A stretch of 64,000 nucleotides of DNA from an uncultured Eubacteriales bacterium (lineage in GTDB: Bacteria > Bacillota > Clostridia > Christensenellales > DTU072): positions 67,456 through 131,455 of the forward strand of contig CASFAV010000006.1 in the NCBI GenBank assembly GCA_949292905.1. The letters run 5' to 3'. The position numbers and the translations under genes are program-made. This document shows, one piece after another, positions 25,224 through 34,333 of the stretch (positions are counted from its first letter, which is position 1; each line of letters begins with the position of its first letter). Below the pieces are notes generated by a model. That model was not told where the DNA came from, made no database searches, and worked only from the letters and a program-made list of their open reading frames with translations.

Positions 25224-26264
25224 ATGCAGAAAGTTGTCGTAAATACCGAGACCCCATACGAAGTCCTTATAGGCGCGGGCTTGCTCGCGCGTTCGGGCGA
25301 ACTGATAGCGAAGGCGATATCTTCCGAAAAGATCGCGCTTTTCAGCGACGATACCGTTTACGGGCTGTACGGCGAGGTTGTCGCCGCTTCGCTTCGCGGC
25401 GCGGGTAAAAAGGTTTATCCTTTCGTGTTCCCGCACGGCGAAAGCAGTAAGCGCGCCGAGTATTATCTCAAAGGGCTCGACTTCTTGGCGGAACACGGCT
25501 TCGACAGAACGGACGCCGTGGCGGCTCTGGGCGGCGGCGTGACCGGAGATCTCGCGGGATTCGTGGCAAGCACCTATCTTCGCGGGATAGCTTACGCGCA
25601 GATACCGACCAGTCTTCTCGCGCAGGTGGACAGCAGCGTCGGCGGCAAGACGGGCATAGACCTCGAGGCGGGTAAAAATCTTGCCGGCACGTTCTGGCAA
25701 CCCCGCATAGTCATAGCGGACACGGACGCGCTCGCCACGTTACCGGAGAGCGAACTTTTCAACGGCATAGGCGAGCTTATCAAATACGCCGTGCTCGACG
25801 GCGGGGAAATGTATTCGCTCATGTCGGAAGGCTTCGAGGGGCGCGAAGAAAGAGTGGTGACTCTTGCCGTCGACATCAAGCGGCGCGTCGTGGAGGCGGA
25901 CGAGAAAGAGGGCGGCGTGAGAAGGCTTCTCAACCTCGGTCACACCGTGGCGCACGCCGTCGAGAAATTGTCCGGCTACACCGTGGGACACGGCGCCGCG
26001 GTGGCTACCGGGATCGCGTATATAGCCCGCGCAAGCAGAAAGTATTTCGGGCTTTCTTCCAGCGATTACGAAGCGGTCGCCGCATTATTGAAGAGGTATT
26101 CCGTCGAAGAATACTCTTCTTACGGCGCGAAAGAGCTTTGCGCCGCGGCTGCCGTGGACAAAAAGACCGCCGGAGACTTTATCAATCTCGTGGTGATAGG
26201 AAAAATAGGCGGTTGCCGCACCGAAAAAATACCGATGACCGAATTGGAGGAATTTCTTTCGTGA
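25224..26264 (+). CDS. aroB: 3-dehydroquinate synthase
   Basis: ALGGGVTGDLAGFVASTYLRGI, GGKTGI, GKNLAGTFWQP and HTVAHAVE motifs. Confidence 0.93.
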   Translation: MQKVVVNTETPYEVLIGAGLLARSGELIAKAISSEKIALFSDDTVYGLYGEVVAASLRGAGKKVYPFVFPHGESSKRAEYYLKGLDFLAEHGFDRTDAVAALGGGVTGDLAGFVASTYLRGIAYAQIPTSLLAQVDSSVGGKTGIDLEAGKNLAGTFWQPRIVIADTDALATLPESELFNGIGELIKYAVLDGGEMYSLMSEGFEGREERVVTLAVDIKRRVVEADEKEGGVRRLLNLGHTVAHAVEKLSGYTVGHGAAVATGIAYIARASRKYFGLSSSDYEAVAALLKRYSVEEYSSYGAKELCAAAAVDKKTAGDFINLVVIGKIGGCRTEKIPMTELEEFLS

Positions 26265-26704
26265 GCGTGAAAATTCTCGTTATCAACGGCGCAAATCTCA
26301 ATATGCTCGGAATACGCGAACCGGAGCTTTACGGCAGGCGCGATTATAAGGCGCTCGTGGAGGCGATAGAAACGCACGCCGCGCGACGCGGCGTGAGCGT
26401 GACCGTTACGCAAAGCAATTCGGAAGGCGAGATAGTGGGTTTCATACAGAAAGCCTACGGCATTTTCGACGGCATAGTGATCAATGCGGGCGGCTATACG
26501 CACACGAGCGTGGTTATATTGGACGCTCTCAAGGCGGTAGGGCTTCCCACGGTGGAAGTGCATCTTACCGACATTCATTCGCGCGAAAAATTCCGCGATT
26601 TCAGTTATATCAGCCTTTATGCGGAAAAGTTTATAGCGGGTAAAGGCTTCGACGGCTATCTCGAGGCGATAGATTATCTAACGGATAGAATTACCTGCAA
26701 ATAA
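26261..26704 (+). CDS. aroQ: type II 3-dehydroquinate dehydratase
   Basis: KILVINGANLNMLGIREPELYG and INAGGYTHTSV motifs. GTG start at 26261 overlaps the aroB stop, with GGAGGA 9 nt upstream. Confidence 0.9.
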   Translation: MSVKILVINGANLNMLGIREPELYGRRDYKALVEAIETHAARRGVSVTVTQSNSEGEIVGFIQKAYGIFDGIVINAGGYTHTSVVILDALKAVGLPTVEVHLTDIHSREKFRDFSYISLYAEKFIAGKGFDGYLEAIDYLTDRITCK

Positions 26705-26720
26705 ATTATTCAATACTGCG

Positions 26721-27725
26721 ATGTCGAAGAAAAACAATCAGAAGATAAAAATAATGGCGTTATACGATATCCTTCGCAGGGAGACCGACGAGGAACATCC
26801 GATGTCCACGGCAGAGCTTATCGCAAAGCTCGCCGATATGGGCATACCCGCCGAGCGTAAATCGCTTTACGAGGATATCCGCGTACTCAACGAATTCGGC
26901 TACGAAGTGCTTACCGTGCGCGAGAAAGCGAACATGTATTACGTCGTAGACCGCGCTTTCGACACGGCGGAACTGAAAATACTGCTCGACGCCGTTCAGG
27001 CGGCGCCGTTCGTCACCGAGAAAAAGACAGACGTTTTGGTCGATAAGATCGCTTCGCTCGCGGGAGCGCACCGCGCCGAGCTTCTCAAGGAAAACATCGT
27101 TTGTTTCGATACCGTGAAACATACCAACGAAAACGTATTCTATTCCGTCGACACGATAGACACCTGCATACTTACCGGAAGGAAGTGCTCTTTCGGCTAT
27201 TTCGATTTCGATTTCGAAGGGCAGAGGGTTTACCGCAAAGGCGGCGAAAGATACCTTGTCAACCCGATAGCGCTCGTATTCAGCAACGACAACTATTATC
27301 TTATGGCTTACGGCGACAAATACGAGAACGTAGCCGTTTACCGCGTGGACAGAATGGACAAGGTGGAGGCGGAAGGGGAATCGGTTACCCGCGCCGACTG
27401 GCTCGATCCGGACGACGTAGCTTCGTACAGGAAGCGCGCCTTCTCGATGTTTGCGGGGAAGACCGAGGAAGTTTCGCTCGTCGCGGACAAATCCGTGACC
27501 GACGTCATCGTCGATAAGTTCGGCGAGCGCGTCAACATGCTCAAGCTCGACGAGAATACCTGCCGCGTAAAAGTTAAAGTGCAGGTGAGTCCCACCTTTT
27601 TCGGCTGGCTCGCGACTTTCCCCGGCAAGATAACGGTGAGCGCGCCAGAAAGCGTGCGCGATGCCTATCTCGAACATCTCGAGAGGGCGGTTTCGGCTCA
27701 GCAAGAGGAGAAAAAAGATGATTAA
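26721..27725 (+). CDS. HTH + WYL-domain transcriptional regulator
   Basis: N-terminal winged HTH (ALYDILRRETDEEHPMSTAELIAKL). Central WYL-like segment (..VNPIALVFSNDNYYLMAYG..YRVDRM). Confidence 0.8.
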   Translation: MSKKNNQKIKIMALYDILRRETDEEHPMSTAELIAKLADMGIPAERKSLYEDIRVLNEFGYEVLTVREKANMYYVVDRAFDTAELKILLDAVQAAPFVTEKKTDVLVDKIASLAGAHRAELLKENIVCFDTVKHTNENVFYSVDTIDTCILTGRKCSFGYFDFDFEGQRVYRKGGERYLVNPIALVFSNDNYYLMAYGDKYENVAVYRVDRMDKVEAEGESVTRADWLDPDDVASYRKRAFSMFAGKTEEVSLVADKSVTDVIVDKFGERVNMLKLDENTCRVKVKVQVSPTFFGWLATFPGKITVSAPESVRDAYLEHLERAVSAQQEEKKDD

Positions 27726-28203
27726 CGTATTGTTCGTATGCAGCAGTAACGTATGTCGCAGTCCGTACTGCGAGTATATTTTCAAAAGAATGGTGAAAGA
27801 AGACGCAGCGCTCGCGGCTGTCGTGGGCAGAGTGGAGTCCGCGGCGGTACTCAACCATTCTAAAAAGTTACATTCCAAAGCGCGCGCGAGCCTGCTCGCC
27901 GAGGGGTTCGCGCCCGAGGAGCTCGACGCGCACCGTCCGAGGCATATACGCGATTATCCCGAACTCACGCACGGAGCGGACGTGATAATCGGCATGACCG
28001 CCTGGCACAGATTACTGATACCGAAAGCGGACAAGGCGAAGTACGTCAATCTCTCCGAGGCGGCGGGCGAGAGCTATAAGGCGGTGCCGGATCCCTTCCT
28101 CGCGCGCAGTCAGGAAAAATACGACGCGGCGATGGCGGTGATCAGAAGATATCTGAAGGGGTTTGCGGATAAACTCAAAAAGGAGAACGGATATGAGCGT
28201 TGA
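27718..28203 (+). CDS. low-molecular-weight protein phosphatase (LMW-PTP / arginine-phosphatase family)
   Basis: MINVLFVCSSNVCRSP contains the CX5R(S) P-loop, and a DP motif lies near the C-terminus. The start overlaps the WYL gene end. Confidence 0.85.
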   Translation: MINVLFVCSSNVCRSPYCEYIFKRMVKEDAALAAVVGRVESAAVLNHSKKLHSKARASLLAEGFAPEELDAHRPRHIRDYPELTHGADVIIGMTAWHRLLIPKADKAKYVNLSEAAGESYKAVPDPFLARSQEKYDAAMAVIRRYLKGFADKLKKENGYER

Positions 28204-28789
28204 GGAGAATAACGGAAAAAGCAAATTTACCGTGACCGCGGAGGAAGAAGTAAAGGTCGCGTCGTACTCTGTTACGGCGGACGAAGGCGACGGGAACGGC
28301 GCTCGCGCCGCTGCGGAGGAGAACGCGCATAATGCTGTCGAAGTCTCGTCGGAGATCAAGCCCGATACCGTAAAGAAATCTTCCGTGAAAGGCGAGGGCA
28401 TCGTTTCCATACCCGCCAACAATTCTCCCAAGAACTATACCAAAGAATTAATCTATATTGCGTTATTGGTGGTTTTGTGCGCCGCAGGAGCGCTTTTGGC
28501 ATACTTTGTCGCGACTTACAAGTACGCGGGCATAATCCTTGCCGTGCTTTCCCTGCTTGCCGCGGCGGCGCTCGTCAAGCACGTTTTCGAAAGCAAGAAG
28601 GTGAGCGCACTCGTGTCTTCCGGCAAGTGTAAGACGATCACGGAGCTGATGAGCGCGATGAAAAAGACCAAGCGCGCCGACTTTCTGCGCACGATAGGCG
28701 GAATGATCAAGGACGGTCATCTTACCGGGTACGCCCTCCTCGACGACGAATATTTCGTATCGCGTTCGCCCGAAAGCGCCGACCGTTAA
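28193..28789 (+). CDS. two-TM membrane protein with acidic N-terminus and small C-terminal wHTH-like domain; unknown function
   Basis: ATG at 28193 follows AAGGAG. Two hydrophobic helices (LIYIALLVVLCAAGALLAYFV and IILAVLSLLAAAALV). Confidence 0.65.
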   Translation: MSVEENNGKSKFTVTAEEEVKVASYSVTADEGDGNGARAAAEENAHNAVEVSSEIKPDTVKKSSVKGEGIVSIPANNSPKNYTKELIYIALLVVLCAAGALLAYFVATYKYAGIILAVLSLLAAAALVKHVFESKKVSALVSSGKCKTITELMSAMKKTKRADFLRTIGGMIKDGHLTGYALLDDEYFVSRSPESADR

Positions 28790-28899
28790 ATATAGGTGAA
28801 ATTTCCGCGCGCGGTTTCTACGGCGCGAAGTTTTATGATAAAATATTATTCAACGCACAGAACGTAAGCACAGGGTAGTTTTTCCCTTCCGAGGTCGAA

Positions 28900-30339
28900 A
28901 TGAAAAAGAAATTCTGGACCAAACAGAACATTATCATCGTCGTTATATGCGCGATACTGGTAGCCGCTATCGTCACGGTGAGCGTCGTGTTGAGTGAAAT
29001 GAGCAAGAAAGAAAAGACGGCGGAAGCTTCGGTGGCGCGCGGTTCGCTTTCGAATAACGTCAATTCTTCGGGCACGATCGTCGAAACGGGGATAAGCGGA
29101 GCGGTGCCTCTGTACGCCTGCGCGCAGGGCGTCACCGATATGGAAGTGCTCGAAGATTACGACAGCAATTTCAGCTGGTCTAGTTACATATTCGACGCCG
29201 TGAGGAACGAAACGCCGCTCATGTATTACGTCGTTTACGCCAATCCCGCGATGCGCGGCACCCGAAATTATTTCCATACTTCCGACGAATCGGAAATAAT
29301 TTTCACCGCTTCCCCGATGACCTTGAATACCGAAAAACTCGTCGAGGATTACGAAGCCGCCAAAGCTTCAGGAGAAATAACTTCGGATATAGCGTTGTAC
29401 GATTTCTTTTTCCTCGTGATACTCGGTTCGGGCGCCGACAATCCCGGAGATATTCCCGTTAAATATCTGAAATTCGATATTTCGAAAACCGTTGTCGTGA
29501 CCACCGCTTATCTTAAAGAACTTATCGAAGTAAACGCTTCCCCGGAGGAAACCGACTCTTTCGAATACACGATAACCAATTTTTCGCTTAAAGAAGGCGA
29601 CGTCGTGAGCCTCGACAAGAGAGTGTTCAATTTCGCAGTAAGTCAGTTGTATACCACCTTCACCGTCACCGAATACGACGTCGCGAGCATTGACGCAAAG
29701 CTGCGCGAAGCGGAAAAGCTTTCGCTCGAAGACGGTAAGAAGCACGGCGTATACGCCGCGGTTTCGATCAACGCGCTCGACGGCAGGAAAGTGGTGGCGG
29801 AGATATTGAGCGTCGTCAAAGGTAGCTACAGCGGCGGCATATCCTATTATTCGGTGCAAGCGAAAATAATTTTCGCTTCGGAGACCGAACTCGACCTGAC
29901 CGTCGAGGAGAACCGTTCGCTCAAAGTTGCGAGGAGCGCGCTGCAGGCGGATCCCGACGCCACGAGCGTGATTTGCGGCGACTACACGTATTACGATCCG
30001 GAGCTCACGCCGGAAGCGGTGGAAGCGCTCGACGTCGATCTTGCCGACTCGGTGTTGCGGGAGGAAGTGCTCGTAAATTATTCCGTTTCGGTAAGAGTTC
30101 AGAAAACGGTCGTCTATAATAAGCTCATCGTTCCCACCAAGTGTATTTTCTACGACGGGAGCAAACAGCCTTACGTTATCGTCAAAGACGGCAACAAGGA
30201 GACGCGCGTTTACATAAAGATACTGCTTTCGACCGGTTCTGAAGCGGCTGTGGAAGTCGGCGAAGGCTATTCGCTCAACGAGGGCGATAAGGTGGTTTAT
30301 AAGGCAGACTCCGGTCTTATCAGTTCGCTTTTGGGATAA
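28900..30339 (+). CDS. membrane-fusion (HlyD/MacA-like) adaptor protein, unusually long
   Basis: N-terminal TM anchor. The start (ARGSLSNNVNSSGTIVE) and end (VIVKDGNKETRVYIKILLSTGSEAAVE..GDKVV) look like efflux adaptors. It sits directly before the macB-like genes. Confidence 0.65.
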   Translation: MKKKFWTKQNIIIVVICAILVAAIVTVSVVLSEMSKKEKTAEASVARGSLSNNVNSSGTIVETGISGAVPLYACAQGVTDMEVLEDYDSNFSWSSYIFDAVRNETPLMYYVVYANPAMRGTRNYFHTSDESEIIFTASPMTLNTEKLVEDYEAAKASGEITSDIALYDFFFLVILGSGADNPGDIPVKYLKFDISKTVVVTTAYLKELIEVNASPEETDSFEYTITNFSLKEGDVVSLDKRVFNFAVSQLYTTFTVTEYDVASIDAKLREAEKLSLEDGKKHGVYAAVSINALDGRKVVAEILSVVKGSYSGGISYYSVQAKIIFASETELDLTVEENRSLKVARSALQADPDATSVICGDYTYYDPELTPEAVEALDVDLADSVLREEVLVNYSVSVRVQKTVVYNKLIVPTKCIFYDGSKQPYVIVKDGNKETRVYIKILLSTGSEAAVEVGEGYSLNEGDKVVYKADSGLISSLLG

Positions 30340-31116
30340 ATGGCAAGAGGTACCGTACTGCTCTCGATGAAGGGCATCAACAAAATTTACGAGATGGGCG
30401 AAAACTCGTTGCACGTTCTCCACGACGTGGATTTCGAGGTGCGCGAAGGAGAATTCGTGTCGATACTCGGGCCGTCGGGCTCGGGTAAGTCCACGCTCAT
30501 GAATATCATCGGTTGTCTGGACGTTGCTACCAGCGGAACGTATATCCTCAACGGGAAGGACATAGGCAAAATGAAGGAAAAGGAGCTGTCGAGGGTAAGG
30601 AACAAGGACATAGGCTTCGTATTCCAGCAATTCCAGCTTTTGCCGAGGATGACCGTCATCGACAACGTGGTGCTTCCGCTCATCTACGCTCGCGTTTCGA
30701 GCAGAGAACGTAAGGCGCGCGCGATGGTGTTGCTCAACAAAGTCGGTCTGGGCGACAAGATAACCAACCGCCCGAAGCAGCTTTCGGGAGGACAGCAACA
30801 GCGCGTGGCGATAGCGAGGGCCATGGTGACCGATCCCGCGATATTGCTTGCGGACGAACCTACCGGCGCGCTCGATCAGGCGACCGGCATGCAGATAATG
30901 GAGCTTTTCAAGCAGCTCAACAAAGAGGGCAAGACCATAATCATGATTACGCACGACTCAAAGCTCGCCAGACAGGCGAAACGCATCGTGCACATACTTG
31001 ACGGCAGGATGTATTCCGCGGAGGAATACGCGGAGATTTACGACGAGGAAGGCGTCAGATGGGAGGATAAACCTACCTTGCGCGAAAAGAGAAGAAGGAG
31101 GCTCTCGGATGATTAA
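30340..31116 (+). CDS. ABC transporter ATP-binding protein (MacB/LolD type)
   Basis: Walker [11 protein letters not shown]-loop, signature LSGGQQQR and Walker B ILLADEPT. Confidence 0.93.
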   Translation: MARGTVLLSMKGINKIYEMGENSLHVLHDVDFEVREGEFVSILGPSGSGKSTLMNIIGCLDVATSGTYILNGKDIGKMKEKELSRVRNKDIGFVFQQFQLLPRMTVIDNVVLPLIYARVSSRERKARAMVLLNKVGLGDKITNRPKQLSGGQQQRVAIARAMVTDPAILLADEPTGALDQATGMQIMELFKQLNKEGKTIIMITHDSKLARQAKRIVHILDGRMYSAEEYAEIYDEEGVRWEDKPTLREKRRRRLSDD

Positions 31117-32305
31117 AGACATTATCAGAATGAGTTTCCAGAATCTCAGGATGAACAAAATGCGTACCTTCCTCACGACTCTCGGGATCATAATAGGTAT
31201 CGCCAGCATAATCGCGCTCATCACGATAGGACAGGGCGTGACGAGTTCCGTCATAGAACAGCTTTCCGGGCTCGGCGGCAACAGAGTCACCGTGTCGATA
31301 ACGGATACGAAAGCCATACCGGGCTTCACCGACAGCAATCTCAAAGAATTCACGGCGCTCGACAACGTCGAAGGCATTTCGCCCTCTCTGCGTTCCTACA
31401 AGCCGGTCACGCTCGTTCCCGGCGAAACAAACAGCCTTTACAATTACGTCTACACTTCTTCCGCGAGCGTTATGGGTGTGAATAATTATTACTTTTCGCT
31501 GTTCGCGGGCGGCAATATGAAAGCGGGAAGGGCGATCAACGACGACGACGTGGCTTTTTCTACGCACGTGTGCGTTCTCGGAGAGTCGGTCTGGAAAAGC
31601 CTTTACGGCAATTATAATCCCATAGGCGAAACCATCAGGATACAGAATATGGATTTCGTGATAGTGGGGATACTCGATAACCTCGTCGGTCTGGAAACGA
31701 GAGGCAATTATTCGGTGATAGTTCCCTATACCGTCGCGATGACCGATCTGCAGATGGGACTCATAACCACGTTCGACGCGATAGTTTCGGACACCGAATC
31801 GATGAATATCACCGTTTCGCAGATGAGCGATCTTTGCGCCGACATCGTCGGCTCCACTCAAGGCTACTCGGTGACCAATCAACAGGAAGTAATGGATATA
31901 GTCGTCACGATCACCGACCTTATACTCGGTATGCTCGCGGGTATCGCCGCGATAGCTCTTCTGGTAGGCGGTATCGGCATCATGAACATGATGCTCGTCT
32001 CGGTCTCGGAGCGCACCACGGAGATAGGCTTGAGGAAAGCGCTCGGCGCCAAACCTTCGGTGATAATGATCCAATTCCTCGTCGAAGCCGTCATCATCAG
32101 TATTCTGGGCGGGATACTCGGCGTGGCTTTGGGCATCGCGATCGCTTACGTCGCCTCACTGCTCATCGGGTATAAGTTTACGTTCCAGATGACTACCGTA
32201 TTACTCGCGGTGGGCTTTTCGGCGGCGGTTGGGCTCATCTTCGGGATCTTACCCGCTCGGAAAGCGAGCAAGTTGAACCCGATAGATGCCTTACGCGCGC
32301 AATAA
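31109..32305 (+). CDS. ABC transporter permease (FtsX/MacB type)
   Basis: [34 protein letters not shown], then a large periplasmic loop, then a C-terminal FtsX 3-TM bundle ending ...PARKASKLNPIDALR. Confidence 0.92.
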   Translation: MIKDIIRMSFQNLRMNKMRTFLTTLGIIIGIASIIALITIGQGVTSSVIEQLSGLGGNRVTVSITDTKAIPGFTDSNLKEFTALDNVEGISPSLRSYKPVTLVPGETNSLYNYVYTSSASVMGVNNYYFSLFAGGNMKAGRAINDDDVAFSTHVCVLGESVWKSLYGNYNPIGETIRIQNMDFVIVGILDNLVGLETRGNYSVIVPYTVAMTDLQMGLITTFDAIVSDTESMNITVSQMSDLCADIVGSTQGYSVTNQQEVMDIVVTITDLILGMLAGIAAIALLVGGIGIMNMMLVSVSERTTEIGLRKALGAKPSVIMIQFLVEAVIISILGGILGVALGIAIAYVASLLIGYKFTFQMTTVLLAVGFSAAVGLIFGILPARKASKLNPIDALRAQ

Positions 32306-32355
32306 AACGGCGTCGCGGGGCTCGAAAATTTTTATCGTAAATGAGAAAAAAACCG

Positions 32356-32385
32356 TTGACAAAATAAACTTTGCGGTGCTATCAT
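32356..32385 (+). promoter_or_regulatory. sigma-70-type promoter of the T-box leader
   Basis: TTGACA, 18-nt spacer, TATCAT. Confidence 0.6.
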
Positions 32386-32391
32386 TGCACC

Positions 32392-32668
32392 AACAACCAT
32401 AAACCGTTGACGCAGAGTAGTAACTCGAGGGAAGCGCAGAGAGATATCCGGTACGGTGTGACGGAGAAGCGGAATCCGAGCGAATGGACTGCCGAGGGTC
32501 GGTGCGAACGCATCAGTCAGTAGTGCCGGACGGGAACTCCCGTAACAGAGTCAGGATATGACGGTATCCGTGAATTAAGGTCGGACTCGAGGTCCGGCGA
32601 AGTCGGGTGGCAACACGAAACGATATGATTCGTCCCGACGCAGTAACAGTCTGCGTCGGGATTTTATT
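32392..32668 (+). promoter_or_regulatory. T-box riboswitch, Trp specifier (UGG)
   Basis: Stem I elements AGTAGTA, AGAGA and GGTGTGA. Specifier GAA-TGG-A (TGG at 32485-32487). T-box sequence AAGTCGGGTGGCAACACG (32600-32617). Terminator TCCCGACGCAG / CTGCGTCGGGA plus a T-run (32633-32668). Confidence 0.85.
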
Positions 32669-32707
32669 ATACAAAAATCAAAACTTACTCAAAGGAGGCA
32701 CACAACA

Positions 32708-34087
32708 ATGACCAAAACGACGGACATTCCCTACAAGATCTATTTAACCGAAGACGAAATGCCGCGTAGCTGGTACAACGTCCGTGCCGATATGCCGGAA
32801 AAGCACGATCCGATGCTCAATCCCGCGACGCTCGAACCCGCGACGAGAGAGGAACTCGAGAAGGTATTTTGTTCCGCGGTGGTGGAGCAGGAGCTCAACC
32901 AGACGGACAGATACATAGAGATCCCCGATGGCATAAGGAATTTCTACAAGATGTACAGACCTTCGCCCCTGGTAAGAGCGTATTGCCTTGAGAAAGCGCT
33001 CGGCACCCCCGCGGAGATATACTACAAATTCGAGGGCAACAACACTTCGGGGTCGCATAAGCTCAATTCGGCGGCGGCGCAGGCATATTACGCCAAGCAG
33101 GAGGGACTCACCTCGCTCACTACCGAAACGGGAGCGGGACAATGGGGTACCGCGTTGTCGATGGCGTGCGCCTTCTTCGGACTCGACCTGACCGTATTCA
33201 TGGTAAAGGTCAGCAGCGAGCAGAAGCCGCACCGCAGAGAGGTCATGCGCACCTACGGCGCCAAGGTCATACCTTCGCCTTCGGACACCACGGAATGCGG
33301 CAGGGCGATACTCAAAGCACATCCCGGAACGGGCGGCTCGCTCGGATGCGCCATTTCCGAAGCCGTAGAAGTGGCGGTATCCACTCCCGGCTGTCGTTAC
33401 GGTCTGGGCTCCGTACTCGATCACGTTCTCCTGCATCAGTCTATAATAGGCTGCGAGAGCAAGATAGCCCTCGACAAGTACGGCGTACACCCCGATATGA
33501 TCATCGGTTGCGCGGGCGGCGGCTCCAACCTCGGCGGACTTATCAGTCCGTTTATGGGGGAGAAACTGCGCGGCGAACGCGATTACCGTTTCATCGCCGT
33601 CGAGCCCGTTTCCTGCCCTTCGCTCACGAGAGGCAAATACCTTTACGACTTCGGCGATACAGGCAAGATAACTCCTCTCATGAAAATGTATACCCTGGGT
33701 TGCGACTTCATACCCTCCGCCAATCACGCGGGCGGGCTACGTTACCACGGAATGAGCGCGGTGATAAGCAAACTTTATCACGACGGATTTATAGAAGCGA
33801 GAAGCGTGGAACAGACCTCCGTTTTCAAAGCCGCGGAAGCTTTCGCGCGTACCGAAGGCATACTGCCCGCCCCCGAATCCTCTCACGCCATACGCGTGGC
33901 GATAGACGAGGCGTTGAAGTGTAAGGAGACCGGCGAAAAGAAGGTGATACTTTTCGGACTTACCGGAACGGGGTATTTCGATATGACGGCGTATAAGAAA
34001 TTCAACGACGGCGAGATGAGCGACTATGTCCCCACCGACGAGGAGATAGAGAAGAGCGTCGCGCAACTCGAGCCTTACAACAAATAA
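32708..34087 (+). CDS. trpB: TrpB-like PLP enzyme, TrpB2 (long) subfamily tryptophan synthase beta chain
   Basis: 459 aa. The N-terminal extension (...EMPRSWYNVRADMPEKHDP) is typical of TrpB2. Motifs HKLNSA (PLP lysine) and GCAGGGSN. Confidence 0.88.
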   Translation: MTKTTDIPYKIYLTEDEMPRSWYNVRADMPEKHDPMLNPATLEPATREELEKVFCSAVVEQELNQTDRYIEIPDGIRNFYKMYRPSPLVRAYCLEKALGTPAEIYYKFEGNNTSGSHKLNSAAAQAYYAKQEGLTSLTTETGAGQWGTALSMACAFFGLDLTVFMVKVSSEQKPHRREVMRTYGAKVIPSPSDTTECGRAILKAHPGTGGSLGCAISEAVEVAVSTPGCRYGLGSVLDHVLLHQSIIGCESKIALDKYGVHPDMIIGCAGGGSNLGGLISPFMGEKLRGERDYRFIAVEPVSCPSLTRGKYLYDFGDTGKITPLMKMYTLGCDFIPSANHAGGLRYHGMSAVISKLYHDGFIEARSVEQTSVFKAAEAFARTEGILPAPESSHAIRVAIDEALKCKETGEKKVILFGLTGTGYFDMTAYKKFNDGEMSDYVPTDEEIEKSVAQLEPYNK

Positions 34088-34126
34088 CGCCGTATCCCGA
34101 CGTAAGACACGAATACGTCCGCACGT

Positions 34127-34156
34127 AAAAAAGGGCTGTCACAGTCCTTTTTTCTT
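34127..34156 (+). terminator. intrinsic terminator
   Basis: AAGGGCTG-TCA-CAGTCCTT followed by TTTT. Confidence 0.75.
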
Positions 34157-34268
34157 GCGCGCGGAATTTGCGGATACCGAGCCGCTTTCGTCTTTAATTT
34201 CGCGGTTTTGCGTAATGCTTTACCACGGATATGCGAAGCGGATATGAGAGCGCGTGCTTTCAAGCGTA

Positions 34269-34297
34269 TTGCAAAATATATGCGCGCGTGTTATAAT
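34269..34297 (+). promoter_or_regulatory. sigma-70-type promoter
   Basis: TTGCAA, 17-nt spacer, TATAAT. Confidence 0.6.
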
Positions 34298-34333
34298 CGG
34301 TATAATAAACGGAATTTATTTGCGGAGGCATTT

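Noticed and set aside
26721-32305. WYL regulator plus neighbouring genes considered as a defence island.
   Set aside because: No nuclease, helicase, methyltransferase, TIR/SIR2, cyclase or other defence-type domain is visible. The neighbours are a phosphatase, a small membrane protein and an efflux pump, all embedded in housekeeping context.
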